Source of the DNA: Acidobacteriota bacterium | GTDB lineage: Bacteria > Acidobacteriota > Vicinamibacteria > Marinacidobacterales > Marinacidobacteraceae | Length of the DNA stretch: 64,000 nucleotides | Direction: 5' to 3' | NCBI GenBank assembly: GCA_022822745.1 | Contig: JAJEAO010000114.1 | Coordinates: 69,613 to 133,612, forward strand | Shown here: positions 27,087 through 37,186 of the stretch, one piece after another | How positions within the stretch are numbered: position 1 is the stretch's first letter | How the letters are laid out: every line of letters starts with the position of its first letter | Notes under the pieces: model-generated | Told to the model about the DNA's origin: nothing | The model's input: the letters and a program-made list of their open reading frames with translations, nothing else | The model's database searches: none | Position numbers and translations under genes: made by a program

Positions 27087-28229
27087 ATGACGACACAACG
27101 GGCGCGGCGGCTCCTCCTCGGCGCCGCCATGGGAGGGGCCGCGGTGGCGGCGGCATTCGTCTTCGCGGCGACGCGGGGCCCCGAGGAGGGCGCGGAGGCG
27201 AAGGCCATCGCCGCGGAAGAAGCCGCCGCTCCGACGCCGGTGACGGTGGTGGAGGCTCGGCGCGGACCGGTGGCCGTTCAGGTGGCGACGACATCCTCGG
27301 TGGAGGCGGAGCGGACCGCGAAAGTGCTGTCGCAGACCTCCGGCGTGCTCACCGAAGTGCGGGTGCGCGAGGGGGATCAGGTCGCGGCCGGTCAGGTGCT
27401 CGCCCGGGTGGATCCGCGGGATCGCCAGCTCGCGCTCGAACAGGCCGAGCTCCGGCTCGCCCGCGCCGAAGCCGAGCTCTCGCGCCAGGCCCGCGCGTTC
27501 GAAGCCGACCTCGTCTCCGAGTACGACTTCGACAAGGCGAAGTTCGATCGCGATCTCGCCGCCTCCGAGCGCGAGACGGCCCGGCTCGAACTCGACCGCA
27601 CCGAGATCCGGGCGCCGTTCGCCGGACGGGTCACCGAAGTCCTCCTCGTCGCCGGGGCACACCTCGATCCGGCGCAGCAGCTTCTGACGCTGAGTGACTT
27701 CGACACGCTCGTCGTTCGGCTCTACCTGCCGGAGCGCGATGTCGTCGGCCTCGCCCCCGGGCAACGGGCGCGAGTGCGCCCCGAGTCCGAGGTCGGCGAG
27801 GCGCTTCCCGGCCGCATCCGCGAGATCAGCCCGGTCGTGGATCCGACGACCGGAACCGTCAAGGTGACCGTCGAGGTCCCCAGTCCTCGTCGCGCTCCGT
27901 CCGGCGCGGCGACGGTGCGGCCGGGGTCGTTCGCGCGCGTGGTGATCGAGACCGGACGCCGCGAGGACGCCGTCCTCGCCCCGAAGCGCGCCGTCATCCA
28001 GTCCGGCGGCGACGCCCACGTGTTCGTGGTCGAGGACGGGCGGGCAATCCGCCGCGCGGTCGCGCTGGGCGTCGAACTCGACGCTCCCGGCGGCGCGCTG
28101 GTCGAACTCGTCACCGGAGACGAGGACCGGATCCTCCCCGGCGCCCGGCTGGTCGTGGCGGGCATGGGTTCGCTGACCCCCGGCGACCCGGTCGAAGTCC
28201 TGAACCCGCCGACCCGACCCGCCGGCTGA
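27087..28229 (+). CDS. RND efflux periplasmic adaptor (membrane fusion protein, HlyD/AcrA family)
   Basis: N-terminal TM/signal, coiled-coil region and beta-barrel/MP domains typical of MFPs (...RVDPRDRQLALEQAELRLARAEAEL...); 380 aa. Confidence 0.8.
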   Translation: MTTQRARRLLLGAAMGGAAVAAAFVFAATRGPEEGAEAKAIAAEEAAAPTPVTVVEARRGPVAVQVATTSSVEAERTAKVLSQTSGVLTEVRVREGDQVAAGQVLARVDPRDRQLALEQAELRLARAEAELSRQARAFEADLVSEYDFDKAKFDRDLAASERETARLELDRTEIRAPFAGRVTEVLLVAGAHLDPAQQLLTLSDFDTLVVRLYLPERDVVGLAPGQRARVRPESEVGEALPGRIREISPVVDPTTGTVKVTVEVPSPRRAPSGAATVRPGSFARVVIETGRREDAVLAPKRAVIQSGGDAHVFVVEDGRAIRRAVALGVELDAPGGALVELVTGDEDRILPGARLVVAGMGSLTPGDPVEVLNPPTRPAG

Positions 28230-28320
28230 TCGCGCCCGTCAGCCCTTCCGCCAGCCACTCCGTCCGACCCGCCGACCGCCGCTTCGTCGGCCTGAAGTCC
28301 ATGCTCCGGGAGGTCTCCGC

Positions 28321-31300
28321 GTGAAATCCCTCATCGCCGGCTGCGTCCGTCGCCCGGTGAGCGTCGCCATGTTCACCGTGGCAGCCTGCGTGTTCGGCCT
28401 GGTGGCGCTCTCGCGCCTGCCGGTGAACCTGCTCCCCGAGATCTCCTACCCGACGCTCACGGTCGAGACCCGGATGCCGGGCGCCGCCCCGATCGAAGTC
28501 GAGACGCTCGTGACCCGTCCCATCGAGGAGGCGGCGTCGGTGACTCCCGGGCTCCGGCGGGTCACCTCCCGCTCGCGGGCCGGGGTCTCGGAGGTGACGC
28601 TCGAGTTCGTCTGGGACACGAACATGGACTTCGCCGGGCTCGATGTCCGGGAGAAGGTGGACTCCGTCGTTCTCCCGGAAGACGCCGAGCGGCCCCGGGT
28701 GCTTCGCTTCGACCCCTCCTCCGACGCGGTGCTCCGACTGGGGGTCTCGGGAGAGCTCCCGCTGTCGCGGCTGCGGGAGTGGACCGAAGAGGAGCTGAAG
28801 AAGGATCTCGACTCGGTCGAGGGAGTGGCGGCGGTCCGGATCGAGGGCGGACAGATCCGCGAGATCCAGGTGGACGTGGACCAGGGACGGCTGGTCGCCT
28901 ACGGGATCACGGTCGCCGAGGTCTCCGACGCCATCGCGGCGGCGAACGTGAACGCCGCCGGGGGGAGCGTCTTCGAGGACGAGGCCCGCTACCTGGTGCG
29001 GACGCTGAACGAGCTGGACACGCTCGACCGGATCGGAGCCACCATCGTGAAGGACGAGGAAGGGCGTCGGGTGCGGGTCCGGGACGTGGCCGAGGTGCGA
29101 TCCGGCTTCCGCGAGCAGGAAGTCATCCTCCGCAACGGCGACGACGAGGGCGTCGAGGTCCGGATCTTCAAGGAGGGCGACGCCAACACGGTCGCCGTCG
29201 CCGGGGCCGTCCGCGAGCGGTTGGACGCGGTCTCGGAGGAGGTGCCCGCGGGCGTCGCGCTCGCCGTGCTGTTCGACCAGTCCGGCTTCATCGAGGAGGC
29301 GATCTCGGAGGTCGTCACGAACGCCTGGCAGGGCGGGCTGCTCGCCATCCTCGTCATCGCGCTCTTCCTGCGCGAGCGGCGGGCGACGACCGTGGTTGCG
29401 CTCGCGATCCCGGTGTCGGTGGTCGCGACCTTCTTCGTGATGGAGCAGATGGGGCTCTCGCTGAACATCATGTCGCTCGGCGGGCTCGCGCTCGGGGTGG
29501 GGATGCTGCTCGACGACTCGATCGTCGTGCTGGAGGCGATCCACCGGCGGAAGGCCGCCGGAGAAGCGGCCCCCGGCGCCGCGGTGGCGGGCGCCGTGGA
29601 GGTCGCCGGACCGGTGGTCGCGTCCACGCTGACCACGGTGGCGGTCTTCCTGCCCATCGTGTTCGTGGAGGGCGTCGCCGGACAGCTCTTCCGGGATCAG
29701 GCGCTCACGGTCTCGATCTCGATCCTCGCCTCGCTCGGCTTCTCGCTGGCGCTGATCCCGGTCCTCGCGGCCCGCGGGGGCGCGGACCTCGCGGCGGCGC
29801 CGGCGGCGAACGATGTCCGGCCCGGACTCTTCGTGCGCCTGCTTCGGGGGTTCCGGATCGGCGTCCGCGGGATCGGCCGCGGACTCGCGTTCCCGTTCCG
29901 GCCCGTGCTCCGGGGCTTCGTCGCCGCCGAGACCGCTCTCTCCCGCGGCTACCCGCCGCTCCTCCGCGCCGCGCTCGCCCGGCCCGCGGCGGTCTTCCTG
30001 CTGGCCGCCGGGCTCCTCGGGGGTACCGCCTTCGTCGGCTGGCGGGGCGTGGGCGTCGAACTCATCCCCCAGCTCGCCCAGGGCGAGTTCCACTTCGACA
30101 TCCACCTTCCCGAGGGCTCGGCGGTCGGCGCCACCGATTCGGTCGCCACCGAGGTCGGGGCCGCCGCGGCTCGGCTTCCCGGCGTCCGGCGGGTCACGAC
30201 GGAGGCCGGCGCCGTCTCCGGCGGCGGCTTCGGCGGCGCCTCCGGCCGCGCCGAGCACCGAGGACGGATCTCGGTGACGATGGAAGCGCCGGACGACGAA
30301 GGCGCCGAGGCGGCGGCGATCGAAGCGGTGCGCTCCGCCCTCGCCTCCCGCCCCGGGCTCCGTTCCGAGTTCGGCCGCCCCTCGTACTTCAGCTTCCGCC
30401 AGCCCGTCGAGGTCGAGGTCTTCGCCGACGAGGCGGGCGCGCTCGAACCGGCGGCGCGGCGCGTCCGCGAGGCGGTCGCCGCGGTCCCGGGACTCGCCGA
30501 TGTGCGTTCCACCGCCGAGGCGGGGAGCCCGGAGATCCGGGTCCGGTTCGAGGCCGACCGGCTCGCCTCCATGGGCCTTTCGGTGGATCGGGCCTCGGAG
30601 GCTCTCCGCGCGAAGCTGCGCGGGCAGGTCGCCACCCGGCTCGACGAGGGCGACCGCCGCATCGAGGTCGTGGTCCGCGGGGGCGACGACCTGCGGACCC
30701 GGGCGACGGCGGTCCCCGAGCTCATCGTGCACGCCGAAGACGCCCGGCCGGTGCTCCTCCGGGCGCTCGGCGAGGCGGAGGTGGGACTCGGGCCCGCCGA
30801 GCTGCGGCGCGTCGGCCAGCGGCCCGCCGTCGTCATCTCGGGGAACCTGGAGGGGACCGATCTCGGCGCCGCCACCGAGGAGATCACGGCCCGGATCGCC
30901 GGCATCGGGCTGCCGCCGGGGGTGACGACCCGGTTCGCCGGACAGCGCGCGGAGATGGAACGGTCGTTCGCGAGCCTCGCCCTCGCCATCGGACTCGCCA
31001 TCTTCCTCGTGTACTTCGTCATGGCCAGCCAGTTCGAGTCGCTGCTCCACCCGTTCCTCATCCTGTTCACGATTCCGCTGGGCGCGATCGGGGTGATCTG
31101 GGCGCTCCTCGTGACCGGGTCGAACCTGAGCGTCATCGTGCTCATCGGGGTCGTGATGCTCGCCGGGATCGTCGTGAAGAACGCCATCGTGCTCGTGGAC
31201 TGCATCAACCGCCTCCGCCGCGAGGGGATGGAGAAGACCGAGGCCATCGTCGCCGCCGGACGGATCCGGCTGCGGCCGATCCTGATGACGACCCTGACCA

Positions 31301-31467
31301 CGATCCTGGGCCTCCTGCCCATGGCGCTCGGGCTGGGCGAGGGGGCCGAGATCCGCGGCCCGATGGCGGTCACGGTGATCGGCGGGCTCCTCGTCTCGAC
31401 GCTGCTGACGCTGGTCGTGATCCCCACCGCCTACCAGGTCGCCGATCGCAGGGAGTTCTCCGCGTGA
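28321..31467 (+). CDS. RND efflux transporter permease (AcrB/MdtB-like), copy 1, GTG start
   Basis: 1048 aa, 12-TM RND architecture, N-terminus MKSLIAGCVRRPVSVAMFTVAA... typical of AcrB family. Confidence 0.85.
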   Translation: MKSLIAGCVRRPVSVAMFTVAACVFGLVALSRLPVNLLPEISYPTLTVETRMPGAAPIEVETLVTRPIEEAASVTPGLRRVTSRSRAGVSEVTLEFVWDTNMDFAGLDVREKVDSVVLPEDAERPRVLRFDPSSDAVLRLGVSGELPLSRLREWTEEELKKDLDSVEGVAAVRIEGGQIREIQVDVDQGRLVAYGITVAEVSDAIAAANVNAAGGSVFEDEARYLVRTLNELDTLDRIGATIVKDEEGRRVRVRDVAEVRSGFREQEVILRNGDDEGVEVRIFKEGDANTVAVAGAVRERLDAVSEEVPAGVALAVLFDQSGFIEEAISEVVTNAWQGGLLAILVIALFLRERRATTVVALAIPVSVVATFFVMEQMGLSLNIMSLGGLALGVGMLLDDSIVVLEAIHRRKAAGEAAPGAAVAGAVEVAGPVVASTLTTVAVFLPIVFVEGVAGQLFRDQALTVSISILASLGFSLALIPVLAARGGADLAAAPAANDVRPGLFVRLLRGFRIGVRGIGRGLAFPFRPVLRGFVAAETALSRGYPPLLRAALARPAAVFLLAAGLLGGTAFVGWRGVGVELIPQLAQGEFHFDIHLPEGSAVGATDSVATEVGAAAARLPGVRRVTTEAGAVSGGGFGGASGRAEHRGRISVTMEAPDDEGAEAAAIEAVRSALASRPGLRSEFGRPSYFSFRQPVEVEVFADEAGALEPAARRVREAVAAVPGLADVRSTAEAGSPEIRVRFEADRLASMGLSVDRASEALRAKLRGQVATRLDEGDRRIEVVVRGGDDLRTRATAVPELIVHAEDARPVLLRALGEAEVGLGPAELRRVGQRPAVVISGNLEGTDLGAATEEITARIAGIGLPPGVTTRFAGQRAEMERSFASLALAIGLAIFLVYFVMASQFESLLHPFLILFTIPLGAIGVIWALLVTGSNLSVIVLIGVVMLAGIVVKNAIVLVDCINRLRREGMEKTEAIVAAGRIRLRPILMTTLTTILGLLPMALGLGEGAEIRGPMAVTVIGGLLVSTLLTLVVIPTAYQVADRREFSA

Positions 31468-34400
31468 GCCTGCCGCGCCTGGCCGTGAACCGGCCGGTCA
31501 CGACCGCCATGGTGCTCCTCAGCACACTGGTTCTCGGCGTCATCTCGTTCGGACGGATCCCGCTCGCGTTCCTGCCCGATGTGGACTTCCCCGGCGTCTT
31601 CGTGACCGTCCCCTACCAGAACGCGAGCCCGGCGCAGGTCGAGCGCGAGATCGTGCGGCCGCTCGAAGAAGCTCTCGCCACGATCCCGGGCGCCCGCCGG
31701 ATCCGCTCCACCGCGGAAGCCGACCAGGCGAGCCTGCAGCTCGAGTTCACCTGGGGCGAGAGCGTGGATGTGGCGCGGGCCAAGGTGTTCGAGGCGGTGG
31801 AGGACGCCCGTCCGGAGCTCCCGGACGATGTGCGCGAGATCCACGTGAACACGTTCTCCACGACGCAGATCCCGATCGTGGAGGCGCGCATCGCGGCGCC
31901 GGGGATGGATCTCTCGGCGAACTACGAGCGGCTCGACCGCCGGGTCGCCGACCCGATCCGGCGCATCCCCGGAGTGGCGCGGGTGGATCTGAACGGGGTC
32001 GAGCCGCGCGAAGTCCGGATCAACCTGCGCGCCGACCGGATCGCCGCCCATCGGGTGGACCTCGGCGATGTCGCCGACCGGGTGCAGAACATGAACCGCA
32101 ACCTCTCGCTGGGCCGGGTGCGGGCGGGAGCGGAGGTCACGCCGGTCCGCGGCTTCGGCGCCCTCTCGGAGATCTCGGAGATCGGATCGCTGCCCCTGAA
32201 CGACGCGGGGCTGACCGTCCGGGACGTCGCCGACGTGACCTGGCGGGAGCCGCCGATCCCCTACGGGAGGCGGCTGAACGACGACGCGGCGGTCGGCCTG
32301 ACGGTCTTCAAGTCGGCGGAAGCGAACACCGTCGAGGTCGCCCGGGCGGTCGTGGAGGAAATCGAGACCGGCATCGCCAGCGATCCCGCGCTCGCCGGAA
32401 TCACCCTGTTCGTCTGGGACGACCAGGCCGCCGAGATCACCGCCGGCCTCGCCGGGATCCGCACGGAAGGACTGCTCGGGGCGCTCCTCGCGATCCTCGT
32501 GCTCTTCCTGTTCCTGCGGCGGCTGGACTCCACGACGATCGTGAGCCTCACGATCCCGATGTCCATCATCGCGACCGCCACGATCCTCTACTTCGCCGGC
32601 AGGTCGCTGAACGTGCTCTCCATGATGGGCATGATGCTCGGGATCGGCCTCCTGGTGGATGACGCCATCGTGGTGCTCGAATCCGTCGTCCGCGAGCACG
32701 CCCGTGGGCTCCCGGCCCGGGTGGCGGCGGTCGTCGGGAGCCGGGCGGTCGCGGGCGCGGTGATCGCCTCGACCGTCACGACCGCGGTCGTGTTCCTGCC
32801 CACCGTGCTCGGGGGGAAGAACGAGATGTCCATCTGGCTGGGCGAGATCGGACTCGCGATCTCGCTCACGATCTTCTGTTCGCTGTTCATCTCGCTCACC
32901 CTGATCCCGCTGGTGAGCTCGCGCCTGCTGGCGCGCCGGCCGTCGGTCCCACCGGCGTGGACGGAGCGGCTCGGCGCCGCCTACCAGCGGGCTCTGCGGT
33001 TCACGCTGCGGCGCCGCTGGATCACGGCCGGGATCGCGGTCGCCTTCCTCGTGACCGCGATCCTCCCCTTCTTCCTCGGACTCTCCACCGCGATGTTCGC
33101 CGGGCTGAACCGGAACCGCATCTTCCTGACCTACGAATTCGCCGACTTCCACTACAAGGAGGACTCGGAGCCGGTGGTGATCGCGGTGGAGAGCGAGATC
33201 GCCGGGATCGCGGACCGGATCGGCGTGGACTCGGTGTACAGCTACTTCGGCGAGAACGAGGCCCAGACGGTGATTTCGCTGGGCGCCGAGCACATCTCCG
33301 ACGAGGAAGGGAAGGCGATCCGGGAGACGGTGCGGGAAGCGCTCCCGGCGCTGCCCGGCGTCCGGATCGTGTTCGGGGACGACGACCAGGAGACCGGCGG
33401 CGAGAGCCTGTTCTTCCGGGTCCGCTTCTACGGGGAGGATTCCGGTCGCTTCCCGGAGGTGCTCGACACGGCGGAGACGCGTCTGCGCGGCATCGAGGGC
33501 GTCACCGACATCCGGAGCCAGCAGGACGACGCCCGCCGGGAGGTCGTCGTGCGGCCCCGCGCCGAGGCGGCGGCGCGGGTCGGCATCACCCCGCGCGACC
33601 TCTCGGAGATCTTCGGCTTCAGCCTCGGCGGCCGGCCGCTCCGGCGGTTCCAGACCGCCGATCGCGAGACCGAGGTGCTGCTCACCATGTCGCAGCAGGA
33701 CATCTCGCGGGTCGAGGATCTGCGCGCGTTCACCCTGATCGGCGACGACGGCGCCCCGGTGCGCCTCGGCGACCTCGCCGACTTCGAGATCGTGGAGCGG
33801 CCCCGCGCCATCTCCCGGGTGGACCGGCGGGTGATGAGCACGCTCCGCGCCGCCTACGAGGGAGAGAACTGGGAGGCGACGCGCGAGACGATCGAGGCCG
33901 AGATGGACGCCCTCGCGCTCCCCGACGGGTTCACCTGGTCCTTCGGAGACCGGATCGCGCAGCAGGACCGGGATCTCCAGACGATGCTCCTGAACTACCT
34001 GCTGGCGCTCATGCTGATCTACATCGTCATGGCGGCGCAGTTCGAGTCGCTGATCCACCCGCTGGCGATCCTGATCTCGATTCCGTACGCGATCTGGGGA
34101 GCGGCGTGGGTGCTGCTCGCGACGAACAGCCCGTTCAACCTGATGGCGCAGATCGGGCTCCTGATCCTCATGGGGATCGTGGTGAAGAACGGGATCGTCC
34201 TGATCGACCACGTGAACCGGTTGCGCCGCGAAGGCATGGAGCGCACGGAGGCGCTGGTCACGGGCGGGCGGGACCGCCTCCGTCCCATCCTGATGACCGC
34301 GGCGGCGACGATGCTGGCGCTGGTCCCGATGGCCGTGGGGCGCACCGGGCTCGACGGGCTCTACTACTTCCCGCTGGCCCGGACGGTGATCGGCGGGCTG

Positions 34401-34544
34401 GCCGCCTCGACCGTCCTGACGCTGCTCATCCTCCCGTTCTTCTACACCCTGCTGGACGATCTGGCGACCGCGGCCCGCCGGGCGTGGCGCCGGGCGACGC
34501 CCCCCGCGCCGACGGTCCGGCCCCGGGAGGCGACAGCGGGCTGA
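31464..34544 (+). CDS. RND efflux transporter permease (AcrB/MdtC-like), copy 2, GTG start overlapping upstream stop (GTGA)
   Basis: 1026 aa; ...SLPRLAVNRPVTTAMVLLSTLVLG... RND N-terminus. It is encoded in the +2 frame of the giant composite ORF 28779..34544. Confidence 0.8.
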   Translation: MSLPRLAVNRPVTTAMVLLSTLVLGVISFGRIPLAFLPDVDFPGVFVTVPYQNASPAQVEREIVRPLEEALATIPGARRIRSTAEADQASLQLEFTWGESVDVARAKVFEAVEDARPELPDDVREIHVNTFSTTQIPIVEARIAAPGMDLSANYERLDRRVADPIRRIPGVARVDLNGVEPREVRINLRADRIAAHRVDLGDVADRVQNMNRNLSLGRVRAGAEVTPVRGFGALSEISEIGSLPLNDAGLTVRDVADVTWREPPIPYGRRLNDDAAVGLTVFKSAEANTVEVARAVVEEIETGIASDPALAGITLFVWDDQAAEITAGLAGIRTEGLLGALLAILVLFLFLRRLDSTTIVSLTIPMSIIATATILYFAGRSLNVLSMMGMMLGIGLLVDDAIVVLESVVREHARGLPARVAAVVGSRAVAGAVIASTVTTAVVFLPTVLGGKNEMSIWLGEIGLAISLTIFCSLFISLTLIPLVSSRLLARRPSVPPAWTERLGAAYQRALRFTLRRRWITAGIAVAFLVTAILPFFLGLSTAMFAGLNRNRIFLTYEFADFHYKEDSEPVVIAVESEIAGIADRIGVDSVYSYFGENEAQTVISLGAEHISDEEGKAIRETVREALPALPGVRIVFGDDDQETGGESLFFRVRFYGEDSGRFPEVLDTAETRLRGIEGVTDIRSQQDDARREVVVRPRAEAAARVGITPRDLSEIFGFSLGGRPLRRFQTADRETEVLLTMSQQDISRVEDLRAFTLIGDDGAPVRLGDLADFEIVERPRAISRVDRRVMSTLRAAYEGENWEATRETIEAEMDALALPDGFTWSFGDRIAQQDRDLQTMLLNYLLALMLIYIVMAAQFESLIHPLAILISIPYAIWGAAWVLLATNSPFNLMAQIGLLILMGIVVKNGIVLIDHVNRLRREGMERTEALVTGGRDRLRPILMTAAATMLALVPMAVGRTGLDGLYYFPLARTVIGGLAASTVLTLLILPFFYTLLDDLATAARRAWRRATPPAPTVRPREATAG

Positions 34545-34689
34545 CCTCCCGCGTCCGGCCACGGAACGCGAACGCCCCGCCGGACATCCCGCTGGTCTCG
34601 ACCGGGACACCGGATCGGACACGACAACTCCGATTCGTCATGGATCTCATTGATTTCCCTTATGATGTCCTGGACACTCTTGGGGACAG

Positions 34690-35904
34690 ATGCGAGGACG
34701 CGACAGGGGTCGGCAGTACCGGCGGACCCACCCGTGGATCCGGTTCGGGCTGAACCCCCGTGACGCCCCCGCCCGGGTCTGGCTCCTGCTCGGACAGGTG
34801 GCCGCCCGCGCCGAGTTGCTGGCCGAGGCGCTGATCCCCGAAAGCGAGTCCAGGAAGCTCCATCGGACCTTCCTGGTGAAGGGGGCGCGAGCCACCGCCG
34901 CGATCGAAGGGAACACGCTGACCGAGGCGGAGGTCGAGGAGCGCCGTCTCAAGCAGCGGAACCTGCCGCCGTCCCGGGCCTATCTCGGGGTCGAGGTGGA
35001 CAACGTGCTCGCGGCGTACAACCGGATCGCCGAGGAGGTTCTCGCCGGTGGCGCGGCGCGGCTGGACCGAGGCCGGATCGAGGACTGGAACCGACGGATC
35101 CTCGACGGCCTCGAGGGCCACATCGCCGAGGAGGCCGTTCCCGGCGTCGTCCGCTCCCATCCCGTCGTCACGGGCCGCTACCGCGGCGCCCCCGCCGAGG
35201 ACTGCGTCCGCCTGCTGGAGAGACTTGTCCACTGGCTGGAGAGGGACATCGAGGTTCCGGCGACCGCGCGCCGGGGCGACCGCATGGCGCTGGGCGTCCT
35301 CCGCGGCATCCTCGCCCACCTCTGGCTCGCCTGGATCCACCCCTTCGGCGACGGGAACGGCCGGGTCGCGCGTCTCGCGGAGCTGTTCTTCCTGCTGCGG
35401 GCCGGCCTGCCGACGCCCGCCTGCCACCTCCCGAGCAACCACTACTACCGGACCCGGGAGGAGTACTACCGCCAGCTCGATCGCTCCTCGCGGGCAGACC
35501 GCGGCCGGGGAGATCCATGGGGGTTCGTCCTCTACGCGCTCGAAGGACTGGTGGACGGACTCCGGGAGCAGGCATCGCTCGTGGAGCGGGAGCAGCGCAG
35601 GCTCGCCTGGCCCGGCTTCGTGCGCGACCGGATCGGCGGGCGTCCCGGCCCCGCGCGGGAACGGCGGACGAACCTGGCGCTCGTCCTCGGAGGCGCAGAG
35701 GCGCCGCTCACCCGAGCGGCTCTCCTCGATCACGCGCGTCTCGCCCGCGCCTACGCCCGGCGAACGGGCAAGACGCTCACCCGCGACCTGAACTGGCTGA
35801 TCGAGCGCGGCCTCGCGGAGCGTTCCGGGAACGGATTTCGCGCGCGCATCGAACGGCTGCAGGCGCTCCGGCCGCGGCAGGCTGGGGAGGAGGGATCGGC
35901 ATGA
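34690..35904 (+). CDS. Fic-family protein (adenylyltransferase/AMPylator fold)
   Basis: Canonical Fic motif HPFGDGNGRVAR (HxFx[D/E]GNGRxxR), and an N-terminal region with the SS-IEG-like ...TAAIEGNTLT...; 404 aa. A low-GC leader lies upstream. Confidence 0.8.
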   Translation: MRGRDRGRQYRRTHPWIRFGLNPRDAPARVWLLLGQVAARAELLAEALIPESESRKLHRTFLVKGARATAAIEGNTLTEAEVEERRLKQRNLPPSRAYLGVEVDNVLAAYNRIAEEVLAGGAARLDRGRIEDWNRRILDGLEGHIAEEAVPGVVRSHPVVTGRYRGAPAEDCVRLLERLVHWLERDIEVPATARRGDRMALGVLRGILAHLWLAWIHPFGDGNGRVARLAELFFLLRAGLPTPACHLPSNHYYRTREEYYRQLDRSSRADRGRGDPWGFVLYALEGLVDGLREQASLVEREQRRLAWPGFVRDRIGGRPGPARERRTNLALVLGGAEAPLTRAALLDHARLARAYARRTGKTLTRDLNWLIERGLAERSGNGFRARIERLQALRPRQAGEEGSA

Positions 35905-37157
35905 CCGGGACCGGGCCTCTCGAGCGGTTCCTCGAGACGCGGGACCGGACCCTGCGGCTGGTGGCGCCGCTGGCGGCGGAGGACTTCGTCGCAGCCGGCG
36001 GCGGCGACGCGAGTCCGGTCAAGTGGCATCTCGGGCACACGACCTGGTTCGTGGAGCGCTACTTCCTCGAGACCGGCGGGTTTCGCTGGCGGCGTCCCGC
36101 CCCCGAGTACGACGACCTGTTCGATCCCGGGCGCCGGGCCTTCCACCGGAATCGCGCCCGCTGGACCCGGCCGACCGTCGCCGAAGTGTTCGCCTACCGA
36201 CGCGCCGTGGAGGAAGCGGTCGGGAACGCCGCCGGCGCCGGCCTCGCGCCCGGACCGGAAGCGGCGCTCGATCTCGCCACGCGCCACGAGGCGCTCCACC
36301 AGGAGCTGATCCTCGCAGAGCTGAAGCACCTCCTGTGGCAGAACCCCCTGCGCCCCGCCTACCGCGAGCCGTGGGAGCGCCGGCGGCCGAAGACGAACCC
36401 GGCGCCGCTGCGGTTCATCCCGTTCCCCGGCGGCGAGGTCGGCATCGGCCACGACGGGCCGGGGTTCTCCTTCGCGAACGAGAGGCCGCGGCGCCGCCGG
36501 CTCCTCGCGCCCTTCCAGCTCGCCAACCGGCTGGCGACGAACGGCGAGTTCCTCGAGTTCATCGCGGAGGGCGGCTACCGGACGCGGACGCTCTGGCCGG
36601 CCGACGGCTGGGAAGCCCGCGAAGCCCGCGGATGGGAGGCGCCGCTCTACTGGGAGCGGGAGGGCGACGACTGGACGGAATTCACTCTCGAAGGGCGCCG
36701 GCCCCTCGATCCCGCCGCGCCGGTCGGGCACGCGAGCTGGTTCGAGGCGCAGGCCTTCGCCCGCTGGCGGGGTTGCCGGCTGCCGCGCGAGACGGAGTGG
36801 GAGAGCGCCGCGGCGCGGGCGGACGTCACCGAAGCCAACGTGCTGGAGACCGGCCGTCTCGCGCCGCTCCCGGCGCCGGGGGATCGGGCGGCGCCCGGAA
36901 GGAGGTCTCCCGCCCAGCTCTTCGGGGATCTGTGGGAATGGACCGGAAGCGCCCACCTCCCCTACCCCGGCTACCGGCCGGAGGCGCGGCTTCCGGGCGA
37001 TCCGACGACGCGCTTCCTCACCACGGGGCCGGTGGTTCGAGGCGGCTCCTGCCTGACCTCCGCGCTGCTGGTCCGGGCGACGACCCGCCACCACATCCCC
37101 GCCGGCGACCGGCGCCACGCCACCGGGATCCGTCTCGCCCGCGATCCGCGGGTCTGA
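35901..37157 (+). CDS. EgtB-like sulfoxide synthase family protein (DinB_2 N-domain + FGE-sulfatase C-domain)
   Basis: DinB-like HLGHTTWF and H-x3-H-x-E (RHEALHQELI) iron-ligand pattern, then the FGE-type C-terminus (...GDLWEWT...RGGSCLTS...ATGIRLARD). ATG overlaps the Fic stop (ATGA). Confidence 0.65.
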   Translation: MTGTGPLERFLETRDRTLRLVAPLAAEDFVAAGGGDASPVKWHLGHTTWFVERYFLETGGFRWRRPAPEYDDLFDPGRRAFHRNRARWTRPTVAEVFAYRRAVEEAVGNAAGAGLAPGPEAALDLATRHEALHQELILAELKHLLWQNPLRPAYREPWERRRPKTNPAPLRFIPFPGGEVGIGHDGPGFSFANERPRRRRLLAPFQLANRLATNGEFLEFIAEGGYRTRTLWPADGWEAREARGWEAPLYWEREGDDWTEFTLEGRRPLDPAAPVGHASWFEAQAFARWRGCRLPRETEWESAAARADVTEANVLETGRLAPLPAPGDRAAPGRRSPAQLFGDLWEWTGSAHLPYPGYRPEARLPGDPTTRFLTTGPVVRGGSCLTSALLVRATTRHHIPAGDRRHATGIRLARDPRV

Positions 37158-37186
37158 TCGCGGCGTCTCGCCGAAGCACCCGGGAG

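Noticed and set aside
28779-34544. 1921-aa ORF in frame +2 spanning both RND genes
   Set aside because: Only its last about 1026 codons (from GTG 31464) encode a protein, RND permease 2. The upstream 890 codons are an Arg/Gly-rich alternate frame of RND permease 1.
32957-34753. 598-aa plus-strand ORF overlapping RND permease 2 and the Fic leader, including a 37-aa micro-ORF MDLIDFPYDVLDTLGDRCEDATGVGSTGGPTRGSGSG (34640..34753)
   Set aside because: The long ORF is an alternate-frame artefact. The micro-ORF is in the low-GC leader and could conceivably be a Fic antitoxin-like peptide, but it has no supporting motif or RBS and overlaps the Fic start out of frame.
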